Notes: a model not told the origin generated them from the sequence alone. Positions 10,416 to 22,640 are shown, counted from the stretch's first letter. The stretch: DNA of 62,000 bases from Wallemia ichthyophaga EXF-994 (GCF_000400465.1 NW_008806283.1:82001-144000); one strand, 5' to 3'. A program made the numbers and translations.

Positions 10416-12224
10416 TCACAGCCCTCTGTACTCCTCCCAGCCAACCTTCTCCATTTTATCCACCTTAGCGTAGACCTCCTCTTCCAGGCGGTGCTTATAC
10501 GTGTCGAGAGCATCCAACAAGCGTGGCATGCCCGCTGCAACGATCCTCACCGCGAGAAGACCAGCGTTAACACCCCCGTTAATAGCAACGGTAGCGACGG
10601 GGATTCCGCGTGGCATCTGCACGATAGAATGAAGGCTATCGACGCCATCTAGCGAGCTGCCTTTAACGGGTACGCCAATCACTGGGAGTGGGGTCATAGC
10701 TGCGATCATACCCGGTAAGTGTGCAGCTCCACCGGCGCCAGCTACTATGCAGCGCACGCCACGCGCGCGCGCACTGTGTGCGAATTGTGCCATGCGCTGT
10801 GGTGTGCGGTGTGCAGAAACCACTGTTAACTCATACTCCACGCCAAGCTCACCCAACATGGCTCCCGCCCCGCTCATCACCTTGAGATCCGAGTCACTTC
10901 CCATCACTACGCTTACGAGTGGGTGCGATGGGTTAGTGCGTGTGGTGGTCTTGTCGGTTTCAACTTGTTTGATGGACGGTGGGAGGAGTGTGGAGATGTG
11001 CGCGAGTGCGCTGGACACCACGCCCGAGCTGGATGACTTACTTGGCAACAGTGCCGTGAGTGTGTCCACATGGTCATGCACACTCGCTGCACTTTCCCCT
11101 ACTACCGTGACGTGTCCCATCTTGCGTCCCTTCCTACACCCCGCCTTGCCGTATAAATGGACATGAGCTCCCGGCAGAGTGAGCGCTTTACGAGCGAGCT
11201 TCATTACTCCCTCTTCCGTCCCATCGTCCCTGCCGAGGAGGTTAACCATAGCAGCGTACGGCACGACCATCTGCGTATCGCCGAGCGGGAGGTCGAGAAT
11301 AGCGCGGAGATGGTTATCGTACTGGGAGGTAGCACAAGCCTCGATAGTATAATGACCCGAGTTATGTGGCCTTGGAGCTATCTCATTGAGCAGTATCTGT
11401 CCATCAGCGAGAAGGAACATCTCCACACCGAAAACACCCGCACCTACGAAAGTGCTGATAGCGTTGGTGGCCACGTCGCGCGCGCGCGACTGCACACTCG
11501 CATCAGACGCAAGGAGAGGTGCATACACAACACTGCAAACGCTGTCCTCGTGCACCGTCTCAACGGCGGGATACGCCACTACTTGTCCACCAACTGAACG
11601 GACGACCATCACTGCGATCTCGGCAGTGAACGGGGCAAGTTCTTCCACATACAGCCCTCCCTTGCCGGCTGTCTGCGCGAGCGTGCTGACGGCTGTCTGT
11701 GCCTCTTGAGCACTCTTGACGAGGTAGTTGCCTTTACCGTCGTAAGCCTGTTTGCGGGCCTTGAGCATGACGGGGAAACCGCTAAGGTGGTTTGAGACGG
11801 CGGAGAGGAGCGCGTCAGCGGATTGCTCCTCCAGCGGTACGCTCCTCGCTACGGGGATGCGGTGGTGCATCAAGTGCTCCTTCTGCGTGTACTTGTCCTG
11901 GATTGTGCGGATGGTGGATGGTGATGGAGAGACTTGCACGCGCCCGCCCATATCACGCTCTACCTCCTCAAGCACGTCCACGTTAACGTGCTCGATCTCG
12001 ACTGTGAGGATATCTACGCGCCCAGCAAGCTCTTTGATAGCAGCTGGGTCGTTGAATGAGCCTAAGACGTGGCCTCCCTGCCTATTGGATACCTGCTTGG
12101 CCGGTGACTGCGTATCCCCCTCCAACACCACTATATCCAGATTCATCAACTGCCCCGCTTGGATGAGCATTCGGCCGAGCTGTCCCCCGCCGAGGATCCC
12201 TATTTTGCGTGTATCGATTGACAT
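10416..12224 (-). CDS. ADE2: Phosphoribosylaminoimidazole carboxylase (fused PurK ATP-grasp and PurE)
   Basis: IGILGGGQLGRM, NEIAPRPHNSGHYT, RKMGHVT, VMGSDSDL, SAHRTP, AGAGGAAHLPGM; intronless 602 aa. Confidence 0.97.
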   Translation of the reverse strand: MSIDTRKIGILGGGQLGRMLIQAGQLMNLDIVVLEGDTQSPAKQVSNRQGGHVLGSFNDPAAIKELAGRVDILTVEIEHVNVDVLEEVERDMGGRVQVSPSPSTIRTIQDKYTQKEHLMHHRIPVARSVPLEEQSADALLSAVSNHLSGFPVMLKARKQAYDGKGNYLVKSAQEAQTAVSTLAQTAGKGGLYVEELAPFTAEIAVMVVRSVGGQVVAYPAVETVHEDSVCSVVYAPLLASDASVQSRARDVATNAISTFVGAGVFGVEMFLLADGQILLNEIAPRPHNSGHYTIEACATSQYDNHLRAILDLPLGDTQMVVPYAAMVNLLGRDDGTEEGVMKLARKALTLPGAHVHLYGKAGCRKGRKMGHVTVVGESAASVHDHVDTLTALLPSKSSSSGVVSSALAHISTLLPPSIKQVETDKTTTRTNPSHPLVSVVMGSDSDLKVMSGAGAMLGELGVEYELTVVSAHRTPQRMAQFAHSARARGVRCIVAGAGGAAHLPGMIAAMTPLPVIGVPVKGSSLDGVDSLHSIVQMPRGIPVATVAINGGVNAGLLAVRIVAAGMPRLLDALDTYKHRLEEEVYAKVDKMEKVGWEEYRGL

Positions 12225-12323
12225 TATTTAATTTTATTTTAAATCGATCTTGGTGGTTAGATGGAGAGATACGAGATGGCCATCTCCCTTGCTTCCCGAC
12301 GACGACGACGATAATTTATTTAA

Positions 12324-12905
12324 ATGGCGCCACACGTACAGCCATCGGAGGTGCGTTGATCTTCTATCCCTGCTGCCGTCTCTCACGCGCTGCAGTTCCT
12401 CCGCGATCTCGCTGAGCTGTTTGAGCGGGTGAGTGGGAGTGTGAGCAGTGGCAGTGGCAGTGGCACTGTATTCCTCACGCAGAAACGCTACCAATACCAC
12501 GATAAAGAAGGTGCAGAAATGGATATCGACGCAGACAGCCCAAATCCCGCGCAATTCCATGTTCTCCTCAGAGCTACTGCCCAAATAGACGATAAACAGT
12601 ACAAATCAGCCACGCGCATCCCTTCTGACCAGCTCGATGGCTTTGTTGCGCACTACAACTCTCTCCTCCACGCCCACCTTCACTCCAATCTCCGCAAGAG
12701 AGACAGGAAGAGAGAGAAACGTAAGGCGGATATTGCCGCTGTGAGGAAACGCAGACTAGAGACGCCCGTCGATATACCCCACTCTAAACGCGGTAGCGGG
12801 AGGCGTAAGTTTCAACGTAAAGTTAAAGCTGAACAGAGGAGGCTAGCTGCTTTGCACACGGTAGCAAGTGGCACGAGTGGGCAGAATACTTTGAAAATTC
12901 CTTAA
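12324..12905 (+). CDS. SRP14: Signal recognition particle subunit SRP14
   Basis: ATG 12324 plus intron 12351-12395 gives EFLRDLAELFE...GTVFLTQKR...LLRAT...K.ATRI...LRKRDRKREK. Confidence 0.85.
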
Positions 12906-12950
12906 AATCACTGAAATTGATGGATATCGCTTTTTACATGACAGATTCAT

Positions 12951-14675
12951 TCATCGATAGGCCATAGATGATCTCCACGCACTCGCCGTTGTTATCCGGC
13001 GTGCTTGGTCGTATGTTATGGCTCCTTGACGGTATTGGACGCCGGCATCATCTGTTGCATCTGTTGCATCATCGTCAGCACCCCCACCTAGCTGCTCTTC
13101 TATCATTTCCTCCTCATCAGAATCATTCATCGTGTCGTCACCCCCTCTGACCCCGCCAAACGACGCCGAGGTGCTGCCGACGGGTGTAGCCATGATGCTC
13201 GTCTGTTGAGGAGATGCCTCGAATGCAGCGAATGAAGACAGAGGCTTGCGTGAGTGTGAAGCACTAGCACTACTACCACTTGCAGCACTTGCACCGCGTG
13301 GTGGAAGTGCAGGTGCACCTGTTGTGAAAGAATATGAAGGTGGAGACGCGTAACGCTGCGAGAGATACTTATCAGTGAAACGCGATCCCGGTACCTAATC
13401 AAGTGAATTAACCAGCATATCAACTACACAAACACTCTAACGCACCCTTTTCACGACCCCTTTCGCCTCCTGTAACCCCGCTACACCCCTCCATACCTGA
13501 AAGTTATGTTCAGCTTCCGGGCTATCTCTGTAGATGTTCTCTACGTGTATCCTTCCCGTATTTTCATTCCTTAACATGAGAGTTTCGTGGAGTGCGCGTG
13601 CGACATCGTCGACGCTCTCATGCATCCCGTGTACGCGCTCGGCGACCGCCCCACCCACTTCTCCGATAAGTCTCTCCATATCCATCTGTTCAAGGGCACT
13701 GCCGATGATGACCTGAGCGAGGAAGCTGGCGGAAACGAGAGGAATGAGCAGCCCGCCCGTGAGATCGGCGAGTGCGCGAAAGAAGTCGGTCGCATACTGG
13801 TACCCGCTCAGAGCAGGCTCGCAAGCGACTACGAAGAGCGTTATAGAGGAGCTCGCCATTGCGCGCGCTAGTTGAAGCGGGTCGTAGCCGCAGGGAGAGC
13901 CGTCGGGAAAGCCATCACCATACTCCCCTATACCGTGAGGTGGAGCATCCGCTACGAGCACTGCCATCTTGCTCGCATGCGCCCGCCATGGCATCGCATA
14001 TACCGCCTCGCGCATAGCTATCGTTACACCTTCTGGCCCGTCGCCGCCGCCGGATGCATAGAGCGACCTGTACACGGTGTAAGCGTAAGCCAGTGTACTT
14101 TTAATGATAAAGTGATGCACTGATGCTCATGTCGTCATCCAACTTGAGCCCCTATCACTCACTGCTACCTACTTGAGATTCTCGCGCATTTCGTCATAGT
14201 CGTGCGTAAAGCCAAAGTTCTTGAATTCATACGTGTAGTCCTGTGGTTTGCTGTCCTGGGAGGGGTGAGAATGCGTTAAGACACGCAGTGACACCAACTC
14301 GGTAGGAAATCAAACCCAATCTCAACGCGGACTCGCCGATCAGCTTCTGTGAGTGTATAATAGACTGGCATATATCGATAACGTTCTTTGTGGCGTTGTC
14401 GAGGTAGCTGCCCATACTACCGGTGGAATCCATGATGAAGAGTAGATCGCTGGGTATTTGAATGAGGAGAATACGATAATATATATTCATCCACGTACAT
14501 GCTTGTGCTGGTGTCGTTGACGTGTATATCCTCGTATCCAGCCTTCTGGGGCAAGTCAACGCCTGGAGAAGCGTGGTAGAGCGGGATAGCGGGCGGAGTG
14601 GGAGTATCAGTATCAATGTCCTTGTAATTGGTGAGTGGTTTATGCGTGGTGCGTGGTGCTCCCTATACACACCAT
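12951..14675 (-). CDS. von Willebrand factor A (vWA) domain protein
   Basis: ATG-only first exon (52-nt intron). DLLFIMDSTGSMGSY MIDAS motif, ASGGGDGPE, VLVADAPPHG; conserved-looking tail ITYDQARRI...SAWR; multiple introns. Confidence 0.85.
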
Positions 14676-14730
14676 TTGATAGTGGTGGAATGGGGGCAAG
14701 CGGTTAATTACCCACCACCACCACACCACC

Positions 14731-15840
14731 ATGGATAACAAGCGTAGAAACGATGAATCCCAGGAACATCAATCGCAATCCAAGAAACCGAGAAGGAAGA
14801 ACGTATCCAGCGCGTGCTTGTATTGCAGGAGAAGCCACATGACTTGCGATCAAGGAAGGCCGTGTCAGCGATGCATAAAGCGTAACATACCCCACTTATG
14901 CCACGATCCACCTAGCAAGAAGGATGATAATGATTTGGATTCATTCGATGCACATACTCAGCCCATACAGCCCACTCAGTCCACTTTAGTACAGCCCCCA
15001 CCAACCAATACCAGCCTTGGCTTTGATTTGGAGTTCGGCGGTAGCTTGGATGACTTGCTCAACGCACTTGGAATGCCTGAAAATCTTCATCCCAACTCAA
15101 TGTCTAACAATATACCTTACGCAGCGGCATCCACTAGCACCACCAACACTAATGGTATATCCCGTGCTCAAACTCCAAGCTACATACAGAACCCGAAACA
15201 CCGCTTCTTCTTCACTGCTGCTAATCCACCGATCCATTCCACCAGGGAGGAGCGACTGAAAGCTGTCCTTACTGCTAAACACGAAGCTGGTCTACTTAAA
15301 CCATTTAATTACGTCAATGGCTACGCTAAGCTTGGTAACTACCTTAACCAATCTGTTTCACCGCGAAATCGAGTGAAAATTCAATCATATTTGTCACGTA
15401 TCAGATCACAATTCGCTAACATCGCTTCTAATCTCTCGGAATGGGATCTCACAACTACAGAAGAGAGTTTTGAGAGACTGCTACTCGATTACGATAGAGT
15501 CTTCTCCATGATCGCCCTACCTAGCTGCTGCTGGAGACGAACAGGTGAAATATACAAAGCTAATAGGGAATTCGCAGATATAGTGGGTTGTGACGTCGAT
15601 ACACTAAAGACTGGCGAAATCAGCGTACACGAGTTACTCGACGAGGACAGCTTGACAAATTACTGGAGCAAATACGCTCAGTTGGCATTCAATTTCGAGA
15701 GTAAAGGTGTTCTTACTGCCGGATCGCTTATCAATAAACACAACTCCGCCTCGATTCCTTGCAATTTTAGCTTCAATATTCGCAGAGATGCGTTTGGAAT
15801 ACCGCTCATGATCGTCGCAAACTTTATGCCACTGTCGTAA
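14731..15840 (+). CDS. Zn(II)2Cys6 plus PAS-like transcription factor, RDS2/AcuM (gluconeogenesis regulator) family
   Basis: ACLYCRRSHMTCDQGRPCQRCIKRNIPHLCHD cluster; AGLLKPFNYV.GY, EESFERLLLDYDRVF, P.CCWRRTGEIYKANREF. Confidence 0.9.
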   Translation: MDNKRRNDESQEHQSQSKKPRRKNVSSACLYCRRSHMTCDQGRPCQRCIKRNIPHLCHDPPSKKDDNDLDSFDAHTQPIQPTQSTLVQPPPTNTSLGFDLEFGGSLDDLLNALGMPENLHPNSMSNNIPYAAASTSTTNTNGISRAQTPSYIQNPKHRFFFTAANPPIHSTREERLKAVLTAKHEAGLLKPFNYVNGYAKLGNYLNQSVSPRNRVKIQSYLSRIRSQFANIASNLSEWDLTTTEESFERLLLDYDRVFSMIALPSCCWRRTGEIYKANREFADIVGCDVDTLKTGEISVHELLDEDSLTNYWSKYAQLAFNFESKGVLTAGSLINKHNSASIPCNFSFNIRRDAFGIPLMIVANFMPLS

Positions 15841-16034
15841 TTAGCATTATGGCATTATGTATTCAATTAAGAGGTAGCGAGTAGGTTACAAGATCCGTAT
15901 CGCTAGGCGTGTTGGCGTTATCAAGAAATTTCAAATGTAAATATAAATTGAGTAATCAGGAGTAATTTGAGTTGATGATCATTAAGTGAGCCAGACGACT
16001 AAGCAATCCCTGCTCAGTGTTTGAGGTGCCAAAA

Positions 16035-16679
16035 TTATGCGGAGATAGGACCACTTGAGGAGCGCGATCTCACTGAGATGACGATGATGACAATCATAGC
16101 GAGGAAAATGAGTACTTTGAGGATGTTAAGTGGATGAGACATAAAATTTTCAAGCGGACAACTCACCAGTGTCAATCCACGTGAGACCCAAAATGGCGTT
16201 GAGGTGGTGACAATAAGTGTAGTCTGCGAATTTGCAGCTGACACCGCCACCAAGCTCAGCAGTGATCGCAGCAGCACCTGCAAGCCAAATACAGAAGGTG
16301 AGAACGACCCAAATGAGGCTGAAGTGGTTAGATGGGGAGAGTGGATCGATGAGAGACTTACTGTGACGCAACGCTCAATAGAACACCGCCAGAACCCATT
16401 GGAACAGCGAGGAATCCAACGAGATAAGCGGAGGCAGTCACTATAGTCCATAGTGAACAGACTGTGGCGGGTGACGGTGAGAATTTTCACAGCGTATAAA
16501 AGACACCACGCACACAAGATGTATCTGACAGTGTTGGAAACGCCCTCGCTTAGGAAGCTGTCGTCGCTGTTGTAACGATCAACGAGGAAAGCGGAGATGG
16601 ACATGAGGACGATGGAGAAGAGAATGAGGACGCCAAAGTAAATTGGGTGACCCTTCTTGATTGCTGTTTCTGTGGCCAT
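16035..16679 (-). CDS. MARVEL-domain four-TM membrane protein
   Basis: Four hydrophobic segments across spliced exons; W.LTF..WLAGAAAIT..LGGG..C...YCHHLNAILG..WI. Confidence 0.75.
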   Translation of the reverse strand: MATETAIKKGHPIYFGVLILFSIVLMSISAFLVDRYNSDDSFLSEGVSNTVRYILCAWCLLYAVKILTVTRHSLFTMDYSDCLRLSRWIPRCSNGFWRCSIERCVTVSLSSIHSPHLTTSASFGSFSPSVFGLQVLLRSLLSLVAVSAANSQTTLIVTTSTPFWVSRGLTLVSCPLENFMSHPLNILKVLIFLAMIVIIVISVRSRSSSGPISA

Positions 16680-17024
16680 TTTAAGATAATTCGATTATTT
16701 CGATGGTGGTCGTTGTGGATCAACAATTTTTGGTGACGCCGGCTCCAATTTAATCTTTGGTCGGTGGGAAAGGCGATGGACTGACGTGATGTGTGTGTGA
16801 TATGATATCGCTCATTGCTTGTAGATTCTGTATGCTTTGTGTGCCTTGTGTACTCCCCCTATCGCCCTCGTCTGCGTGTCGTTCACCCCTATAGGCTCGC
16901 AAAACGGCGAAAGTTAATTAGAAAAGAGATGGCTGGTGATAGCGTGAATATTTTCAATTCCTTCATTCCTTCATTTGTTTCCTCTTCTCCGATGATTCCC
17001 TCTCCTCGTTTTCCCCCATCAGCC

Positions 17025-20000
17025 ATGGTCAAGCGCAAATCAGAGGCAGCAGACACGGCAAACACGCCAAACGCGGCAGACGCGGCATCTGTACTCAAAT
17101 CGGCCTCATCCAAGAAGCACAAAACTTTCGACGACGCTGGCAGTACCAACAACGGCGCTGAGATCGACTTTCCTAGAGGCGGCGGCACTGGTCTTACCAA
17201 CCTCGAAACAGCACAAGCCAAGCAAGAGGGTAGAAGGGATGCCGATAGGGATGTTTCCTCCAAAAAGAAGCCAGCAAAGGTGCGTCCATTCCCCTTCAAA
17301 TCGTGCAATTCTAACACACTCGACAGAAGCCAGCAGCGAAGAAGCCAAAGAGAGATACTCAGAATGATAATGCTATCACTGATAAGATTAGAGTCGAGCA
17401 TCTCAACTACAAGCGGGCTGTGCCTGGTCTCAAAGTACTCGCACAAATCATTCAAATTACTCCAATCGAGCTTATCGTATCTCTCCCAGAGCAGCTCCTT
17501 GCTCACATTCCCATTACAAACATTTCTACACACTTCACAAACCGTTTGGATAACGCGATGAACGATGACAGTGACGATGACAGCGACCAAGAAGAAGACG
17601 CATCCGATAAAGAGGACGACTCTCTCCCTGAGCTAGATGATCTTTTTCATGTCGGTAGCTGGGTGCGTGCCGTCGTTTTACACACCCACAAAGACACAAA
17701 CTCAGGCAGAGTCAAGAAGGAAGGCGAGGAACTCATTAAAGCTTCCCGCAAGCTAGAGCTCACCCTCGATCCACGTAGTGTTAACGAAGGCCTCACCGCT
17801 AAAGACTTTGTCAAGGATTTCACCACCGTCGGTGCTGTCAGAAGTGTTGAGGATCACGGTTATCTGATTGACCTCGGTGTGTCCGACGTTGATGGTTTCG
17901 TCAGCAGTAAAGAAATGAACAAGAGCGGCTTCGATAAAGCCATCGCTGCCCAAGTTGGCGCTTTACTCCCACTGACAGTCACCAGCAAAACAAACAAAGT
18001 CGCAAACCTCACTCCTAACTTACATACTTTCGCTAAATCTTACATGAACGAGGCTAATACGCTCGAGTCTGTCATTCCTGGTGTACTGCTCAACGCTATG
18101 GTCACCGCTGTTCTTCCCGCCGGTCTCAATGTCCGTTTCTACGGTTTCTTTGACGGTACAATCAGTAGAGATCATATCCCATTTGAAAAAAAACCTCTGT
18201 CGGAGCGTTTCCCTGTGGGTAAGAAGATCAAAGCGAGGGTGGTGTTCGATCATCCAACGAGTAACCCCAAGCGGTTCTCCCTATCGCTCCTCCCCCACAT
18301 TGTACACCTCACCAACAGTTTGACGGAAGAGAGCGAGGATGGACAAACAATCTCAGACGCTTTCGCCAGAGGTAGAGTAGTTGAAGGTGTCCAAGTCATC
18401 ATGGTCGAGAGTGAGAAAGGATTGTTTGTGACTATACCTGATAGTACACTCATTGGATTCATACATATCTCGCAAATTGCAGACGACCACACTCCCTCCC
18501 TCAGTAGCAGCAGTGGAGCTACGAAAGTGGGTAGTACGCACACAGCGCGTGTCGTCGGAATAAGCTATGTTGATAAAGTAGTTCAACTCAGTATCAAGCC
18601 GAGCGTGCTACACAAGACGTTCATGAAAGTTTCAGATGCACAAGTGGGAGCTGTTGTAGATGGCACAGTGCGCAAGATGGCCGACGACAGGATGTTCGTA
18701 TCGATTAGTGGCAGTGTGGATGCTATAGTGTGGCCAGTACATTACTCAGATGTGAAGCTCAAACATCCCGAGAAGAAATACAGACCGGATATGAAAGTCA
18801 AGACGCGTATCTTGTCAGCGGAAGCTGACAAGAATAGAATTACGGCTACATTGAAGAAAACACTCGTTAAGAGTGACCTCCCTATCGTCACTAGCTACGA
18901 TCGCTCTCAGAAGAACACTATCACTCACGCTACCGTCTCCTCAATTAAAGAAAAAGGAGCTATTCTGGAATTTTACAATAACGTCAGAGCTTTCTTGCCA
19001 GTGGGAGAGATTAGCGAGAGTTACACTAAACATGCTCAGGATGCACTGCATATCGGACAGGTCGTCAAGGTAGTCATTATCAAGGTAGAGACTGAAGAGG
19101 GGAGAATGATGGCCAGTATACGTAAAACGGTGCCTAAGGAGGAGCGAGATGCTTTGGTGAAGGAGAGAAAGTCTGAGAAAAAGGAGGTGAATGAGGAGAT
19201 GAAGGTGAAGGAGGACGAAGGAGAGCAAGTTGCAGGTGACGAGGATATCGATATTGATAACGCAATAAACGAAAATAGTCAATCTGAATCAGACGGCGAA
19301 GCTGTTGGGTTGCAAGTCGAGGAGGAAAGCTCCGATGAGGAAGACGACGATGTAACGATGGAAGACACCACCAACAAGAAGCCCAAAAAGACTACAAAAG
19401 ACGTCGATTCTCTGAGTACTGGTGGATTCAATTGGGATGGAGAGAACGACAAGAAAGACTTAGAACAAGAAGGCACTAACTCAGACGACTCTGACTCTGA
19501 CAGCGACGCCTACTCTGACGCTAATGACGACGGTAAGCGCAAAAAGAAGCGCAAATCGACGAAGCACTTTGAGGGAGATCTCACCGCGACAATGAACGAA
19601 AAGCCGCCAGAATCCTCCAACGACTTTGAGCGACTACTTCTCGGTTCGCCCAACTCATCCTACGTGTGGATTCAGTATATGTCATTCCAGCTCAACCTCA
19701 GTGAGATAGACAAAGCACGTGAGATTGCCCAGCGTGCACTCAAGACCATCGGGTTCAGAGAGAGTCAAGAGAAGTTCAATGTATGGATAGCGCTACTTAA
19801 CCTGGAAAACACATTTGGGGATGAAGATACATTTGATAAGACATTCAAGGAGGCTGTAAGCTACAATGATCCACTCACAATGCACATGAAGGTGGCGGAT
19901 ATACTCGAGGCGAGTGAAAAATATGACAATGCGAATGAAGTTTATGTGAAAGCGACCAAGAAATTCGGCGCTCATATCATACTCTGGGTGAATTACGCTG

Positions 20001-20478
20001 AGTTTAAATTCCGCGTGGAAGATGCGAATGGAGCGAGAAGTCTGTTGACGAGGTCGCTCAAATCGCTCGACAAGAGGGATCGTGGGTTTAGCTGACTTAA
20101 TTTATTAGCAACAAGACTAACAAACAACCTACAGACGTCGCGTGTATTTCTAAATTCGCTCAGTTGGAGTTCAAAGTGGGCGACGCCGAGCGCGGGAAGA
20201 CAATATTCGAGGGTATTATAGAAAGCCACCCTAAGCAACTCGACCAGTGGTTCGTGTATATAGACATGCTCGCGCGGACAGAGGATGTGGCTGGTCTGCG
20301 CAATGTGTTTGAGAAGCTCCTTGCGCTCAAGCTGTCTACTAAAAAGGCAAAGAGTGTTTTCAAGAAGTGGCTCACCATAGAGAAGGAGATTGGTGATGAA
20401 AATGGTGTGAGGGATGTCAAGCAGCGTGCCGTCGCGTGGAATGAGCAGCGTGAACAACATGGCCAGCACGATGAATAA
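17025..20478 (+). CDS. RRP5: rRNA biogenesis protein Rrp5 (S1 repeats plus C-terminal HAT/TPR repeats), shortened
   Basis: DFPRGGGTGLT.LE N-terminus, S1 repeats (SVEDHGY, FYGFFDGTI, GFIHISQI), PES.NDFERLLLGSPNSSY.WIQYMSFQL HAT region; two introns; about 1,110 aa. Confidence 0.93.
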
Positions 20479-20548
20479 TTAGTAGATGGAGAGGGAGTGT
20501 ATTTATTTATTTAATCCATTTATAGATGCATATTACAAAGTGCTCAGA

Positions 20549-21916
20549 TTACATCTCCTCCGTCCATCCCTGGATAGCACTAATAGCGAGCTCTTGGGGA
20601 ACAGGTCTGAATCGACTCCAGCTGTCTTCTATGTTCAAACTCTCTCCCTGTGTGTCGACACCGAGCATATTCGAGTGCCACGCCTTAGGTCTACTACCAT
20701 CGACAAACAAGAAACCCAAACCCATTAAAAACGGCGACTGCTTATACCACAAAGCTGCGACTCTATCAAAGTAAGTGGCTAATTGACCATCTGGTTTGGT
20801 AGTAGAGCCGCTATTACCAGAAGGGGCATCTGGCATACCTTTTTCCGAGGCGTATGTAAGAGTGACAGAAACTAAATTTGGGAGGTGATCGATGAACGCG
20901 CAGCTGAAGCGAATCTCACCAACGAGACGTTCCTCGAGTGTAAGTTCAGGCGGAGCGAGGGCATTAGTGTTACCTATAGCTAGGCTGGAGAGTGTGTTTT
21001 TGAAAGGAGCGAGAGAGCTAACGATGTCAAGGAAGTCCATAGTGAAGAGTGTTTCATAGGCGAAGGATGTGAGGGGACGTCCCTCCAATACTTTTAGTGT
21101 AGACTGCACTTCCTCGAGACTCGAGTCACCGTCTTTATGTGGGATGTAGCGCAATCTCTTGAGACCCGGTGCGGTACCGTCGCTGCCAAGCTCCACTATA
21201 TCGTCGGAACGACCCTCGAAAAGTTCCAACAGAGGCAGTGAGCCATCTGGCAAGTCTTCCAGGGCTTCCGAAGACTCAAGTTGGTCGTTGGGGAGGCGCA
21301 ATTGACGTAGGTTGCGGGAATTCTCGAGACAGCTTCCTAGCACGGATTTGTTGGGGATGGAGCCTCTGATGGAGAGCGATTCGAGAGTGTGGATGGGTGG
21401 TAGGCGAAGATCACTCCACAAACCCTCGTTAGTAAGAATGGAGAGATCTTTGAGCTTCCTGAGAGTAGCTAAGGAATAGAGAAGTCGCTGGAATGACTCT
21501 TTCTCGGCGTGTGTCCACGTCGATGGACTGATAAGCTGGATAGCAACAGACTCGAGCTTTTGTAAACGTACTATCAATTCAGATAGCTCAGAATGGTCTG
21601 CTATGTCCATGCTGGAATCCAGCTCACGTTTCAAATCAGATTCTTGTTGGGTGGTTGGATTGCCTACGACTAAAGAAAGGTGGTGTACGGACTGGCAGTT
21701 GCGGGAAGAGAATAGGCCGGATTGAATGACTTTTGAGGTGTAGACGCCAGCTTCAAGGCTGAACAAACGCAGTTGGATGTTACTCAGGATAATGCTCTTG
21801 GATAGTTCAAGTAAGCGCTTGTTGGTTGTTCTAAGAGAGTAGACAGAGTCCAAGTCAAGGTAATCGTCTATTATATGGCTAATAATTTCATCGGGCAGGT
21901 CCAGGAATCCTCTCAT
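20549..21916 (-). CDS. F-box protein with LRR-like region
   Basis: MRGFLDLPDEIISHIIDDYLDLDSVYSLRTTNKRL F-box pattern at ATG 21916, followed by L..L.I / L..L.L repeats. Confidence 0.75.
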   Translation of the reverse strand: MRGFLDLPDEIISHIIDDYLDLDSVYSLRTTNKRLLELSKSIILSNIQLRLFSLEAGVYTSKVIQSGLFSSRNCQSVHHLSLVVGNPTTQQESDLKRELDSSMDIADHSELSELIVRLQKLESVAIQLISPSTWTHAEKESFQRLLYSLATLRKLKDLSILTNEGLWSDLRLPPIHTLESLSIRGSIPNKSVLGSCLENSRNLRQLRLPNDQLESSEALEDLPDGSLPLLELFEGRSDDIVELGSDGTAPGLKRLRYIPHKDGDSSLEEVQSTLKVLEGRPLTSFAYETLFTMDFLDIVSSLAPFKNTLSSLAIGNTNALAPPELTLEERLVGEIRFSCAFIDHLPNLVSVTLTYASEKGMPDAPSGNSGSTTKPDGQLATYFDRVAALWYKQSPFLMGLGFLFVDGSRPKAWHSNMLGVDTQGESLNIEDSWSRFRPVPQELAISAIQGWTEEM

Positions 21917-22025
21917 GGTTGTTATGTGCCTGGGGAGACCAGGAGAGACACCAAGCGAGAAGGCAGAAGTTTTTAATGTTTGATAGGAATAAAGATTAGA
22001 TATAAGATAAGGTAGAAACGTATTG

Positions 22026-22640
22026 TTACAAAGATGGTTGGCCACCTTGGATGAAGTTCTGAATAGTTGAGTTGTGGATTGGAGGATTGTGAGGTTGGAT
22101 ATGATTATTACTATTGCTATTACTGTGACTATGGCTATAACTGCGTCGGTGGCTTTGTCTGCCACTCCAATTTGAGCTTGAGCTGCTGCTAGTTGTGCTT
22201 GTTGTGCTACTGATGGATTTGATTTGAGTAGAATTGGACTGTGAGTATCTGTGACTGTGGTGATGGCTATTATTTCCAGGCTTAGAATCCACGCCGCTAC
22301 CCAACTTGAATCTCCCAAGCGATCGTTTAAAGAAGGCGCCGAGGCCACCGTGGCTTACTTGAAAATCATCCACAGGCTCACTATCATCAACAACCTTCTT
22401 CTTCTTGCCTCTCTTTCTCCTGTGCTTATCGTCGTGGTCATGATGCTCATGCTCATCATCGAGCTCAGTGATCCCGCCAATCAGACTATTCAACTCAGCC
22501 AGTTTTGCCTCCTTCTTGGCCTGCCGTTGTCTCTCTAGGTGCTGCTGATGAAGTGCTTTGCTGGCTTCTGTAGAGGACACCAAGTATCCATCGCAGGTGG
22601 ATTCTGTAGGCAGTGGCAGTTGCAGTTTATCTCTGTGCAT
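22026..22640 (-). CDS. His/Ser/Lys-rich hypothetical protein (possibly a 5' exon of the F-box gene)
   Basis: 204-aa ATG-initiated ORF with coiled-coil, basic cluster RRKRGKKKK and His-rich tracts; stop 109 nt upstream of the F-box ATG. Confidence 0.5.
   Translation of the reverse strand: MHRDKLQLPLPTESTCDGYLVSSTEASKALHQQHLERQRQAKKEAKLAELNSLIGGITELDDEHEHHDHDDKHRRKRGKKKKVVDDSEPVDDFQVSHGGLGAFFKRSLGRFKLGSGVDSKPGNNSHHHSHRYSQSNSTQIKSISSTTSTTSSSSSSNWSGRQSHRRSYSHSHSNSNSNNHIQPHNPPIHNSTIQNFIQGGQPSL

Noticed and set aside
10747-12231. Several long plus-strand ORFs antisense to ADE2
   Set aside because: Shadow ORFs expected from GC-rich codon bias of the real minus-strand gene; no protein-like motifs.
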